Shown here: piece after piece, positions 61,901 to 64,000 of the stretch
Layout: each line of letters starts with the position of its first letter
Position numbering within the stretch: the first letter of the stretch is position 1
NCBI GenBank assembly: GCA_963727805.1
Contig: CAVSHF010000005.1
Location: 416,001 to 480,000, forward strand
Direction of reading: 5' to 3'
Source of the DNA: an uncultured Nitrospiraceae bacterium
GTDB taxonomy: Bacteria > Nitrospirota > Thermodesulfovibrionia > Thermodesulfovibrionales > Dissulfurispiraceae
Length of the DNA stretch: 64,000 bases
Made by a program: the position numbers and the translations under genes
Notes under the pieces: model-generated
The model's database searches: none
The model's input: only the letters and a program-made list of their open reading frames with translations
What the model was told of the DNA's origin: nothing

Positions 61901-63706
61901 TCAGTGCAAGAATGTCCCTTTCTTGTATTTTTTCTCCAGTTTCTCATAAGTTGCATGGTCTTTGATTTCCGGAAAAGCAAAATTTCCGCCCAAAGCCCAT
62001 TTATCCCTGAATGGTTCAAGCCCTTCCGGCAGCGGTGTCGCATCAGTTTCGTTCAATAATTTCACTCTAATCCCTGTTTCATCCGCGATGACTGTATACC
62101 TTCCTTCGCCGACATCTTTATAAGAACCTTCACTGTATGGAGTCATTATCGTCTGTTTCGGAGAATCATGGCAGCTTCCACAGCTCCTCGATTTGCCGGT
62201 CGCATGGGCAACCCTATCAAAGTTGAGCCATACCATAGTGTCATGATCTTTGTTGTCGAGGTCTCTTACAAGGCCAGTGATAGCATATGCGTCGTTCGAA
62301 TAATAGAGTCTGTCTATAGTCACATCGGGGCTGTGCCTGAAGATAAGTCCCCGGGAAAGTACCACCTCAGCCGCTTTAACATTGCCGGAAGTATGCGGAA
62401 CAACATGCATAGGAACCCATATTCCTTTCGGGTTTTTTATGATAAGGGGAGATACCGCACCGACCAGATAATCCTGAATCCTGGTAAGAGGATTCTCGTT
62501 ACCCTTCGGACCTATAGCACTCCAAAAGTTGAAGGCATATCCGCCGATTAGAGTTGTATGACACGCTGCGCAATCCACTCTCTGATGAGGGCCTTTCATG
62601 TGTGCTTTGACCACAGAGGAATGGCACTTTGAGCAGTTAACGTCCCTCTGTAGATCAGCGTGAAGCCCCGATTTCCTGTTAGGCTCATGGCAGTCGACGC
62701 AAAAAATGCCTTTCTGCATATGAATATCAGGCTGATCCTTCAATATCCTGATACCTTCTTCGGTTGCCTGGGTAAATTCGGCCCTGATATATCCGTCACC
62801 TCTCCTGCGCTCCAGCGGTCCCGCGTGGCAACTGAAAGACTTTCCGCCACCGTAGCAAGAGATAGGATCCGGCCTTTTCATAAAGGTATGAGCCCCTTTT
62901 TTCGGATCTTTATCATTGTTCCTCTGTGGTGATAAATGGCAATCAAGACAGCCGACATGACATTGATTGCAACGTCTCTGATTATCATAGGCTGTCTTTT
63001 CGGACAGAGGCATCGTAGAGTGGAGGTTATAATAGTCTGCGTTTTCCTTTGTAAAAGAGGCTTGATCGGGTTCGGCAAGCCTACCGACCCAGAGCCCGCA
63101 ACTCTGTGGCCCCGTGGGACCTGTCCATGATTTGTACTGGCTCTGCGTGTGCGCCTTCTTGCCGCCACCCATAGGGCTACGAAGGAACTTCTTCACGATA
63201 TCACTATGACACACACCGCAGGTCTTTTCCGTCACCACCGGGTTGAAGGCAAGAGTATCAGCATTCCTGTCGTGCCATATGATCAATTTATAATCGGGAT
63301 TGTTTTTGATGTTATCGCCAGATATAATTTTCGGCAGTAGTGCATCAGCCCTGTTGACTCCCCTGGGAACAAGCATCGGCCACAAGTTCAGCTCAACGGT
63401 TTTCATCATGCTTCGGCGAACCACTTCCCAGGTCCTATCCTTTATAGCTAGAACAGTCAGGAGCCCTTCATGGGCACGATCCTTATCCAGCGTCTCGGGA
63501 TTGCCGAGATGGCAGTCCGTGCATGATGCGGGCATGCGTGTCTGAGCCGCAATTTCGTGAGTGGTTACAGTTAACTGCGCGTATCCCAGAGACAGCATTT
63601 TGGGGAGATCACTATGACATTGTATACATCCCTGCGCAGCGGATGCACAATAGGGGAAGGCAAATAAAATGATGCCTACGACATAAATCAGCCTCTTGAT
63701 ATTCAT
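61901..63706 (-). CDS. Multiheme c-type cytochrome (ExtM-like)
   Basis: Signal peptide; nine CxxCH plus one CX8CH. Confidence 0.88.
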   Translation of the reverse strand: MNIKRLIYVVGIILFAFPYCASAAQGCIQCHSDLPKMLSLGYAQLTVTTHEIAAQTRMPASCTDCHLGNPETLDKDRAHEGLLTVLAIKDRTWEVVRRSMMKTVELNLWPMLVPRGVNRADALLPKIISGDNIKNNPDYKLIIWHDRNADTLAFNPVVTEKTCGVCHSDIVKKFLRSPMGGGKKAHTQSQYKSWTGPTGPQSCGLWVGRLAEPDQASFTKENADYYNLHSTMPLSEKTAYDNQRRCNQCHVGCLDCHLSPQRNNDKDPKKGAHTFMKRPDPISCYGGGKSFSCHAGPLERRRGDGYIRAEFTQATEEGIRILKDQPDIHMQKGIFCVDCHEPNRKSGLHADLQRDVNCSKCHSSVVKAHMKGPHQRVDCAACHTTLIGGYAFNFWSAIGPKGNENPLTRIQDYLVGAVSPLIIKNPKGIWVPMHVVPHTSGNVKAAEVVLSRGLIFRHSPDVTIDRLYYSNDAYAITGLVRDLDNKDHDTMVWLNFDRVAHATGKSRSCGSCHDSPKQTIMTPYSEGSYKDVGEGRYTVIADETGIRVKLLNETDATPLPEGLEPFRDKWALGGNFAFPEIKDHATYEKLEKKYKKGTFLH

Positions 63707-63744
63707 GGCCTCTCAACTACTAATTATGAACATTGAAGCTACTT

Positions 63745-64000
63745 TCAGCACCCCGCAGTCTTTCTGAAAGAAAATGGGACATTCTTACCGTCTTTAATTA
63801 TATATTTTACATTAACATCGTCACCGACCTTGATTCGGGTCTCTCTGAACTTATCGATGGTCTGTTTATCCTCGATCGAGAGTTTAATATCCTTCCCCTC
63901 ATAGTCGGTAACCACGACTGTATTTGCAGCGAGATCAATGCTCTTGACCCTTCCATTCAACAGGACCTGACCGGCTGGTGCTGCCAATGCATCCGTAGCC
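63745..64000 (-). CDS. Small exported protein ending in GC (ExtJ-like), 5' end outside the window
   Basis: Frame is open to the window edge (..ATDALAAPAGQ..); beta-rich; ends KTAGC. Confidence 0.6.
   Translation of the reverse strand, partial: ATDALAAPAGQVLLNGRVKSIDLAANTVVVTDYEGKDIKLSIEDKQTIDKFRETRIKVGDDVNVKYIIKDGKNVPFSFRKTAGC

Overview
Bacterial chromosomal segment. The gene content (multiheme cytochromes, NosL clusters, ECF nickel/cobalt transporter) suggests an anaerobe of the Desulfobacterota/Nitrospirota type; that assignment is inference. The left half (about 1-35 kb) is IS-rich accessory DNA. It holds a NikMN-type operon, two apparently identical 2.56-kb tyrosine recombinase + IS91-family elements, an IS200 element with an IS1182 inserted in its terminal hairpin loop, and a NosL/TlpA/ABC metal-handling cluster with a NosL-beta-barrel fusion. 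It also holds three different adjacent IS110-family elements, a TetR-RND efflux operon, an IS256 splitting a response regulator, and a tRNA-Thr 3' fragment. For one IS110 element the target guides, donor guides, 2-bp core and circle-junction promoter can all be read from the sequence. The middle has tatA, an S53 peptidase with 183-bp tandem repeats, and a partly decayed two-component/c-di-GMP cluster. The right part looks like core genome: acylphosphatase, DegQ, a YbhGFSR-like ABC exporter, a cold-shock protein, a metallophosphoesterase and cardiolipin synthase. It ends in an ext-like cytochrome cluster with a pentaheme cytochrome that appears to read through an in-frame UGA as selenocysteine. 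All calls are by eye from motifs; no database searches were run.
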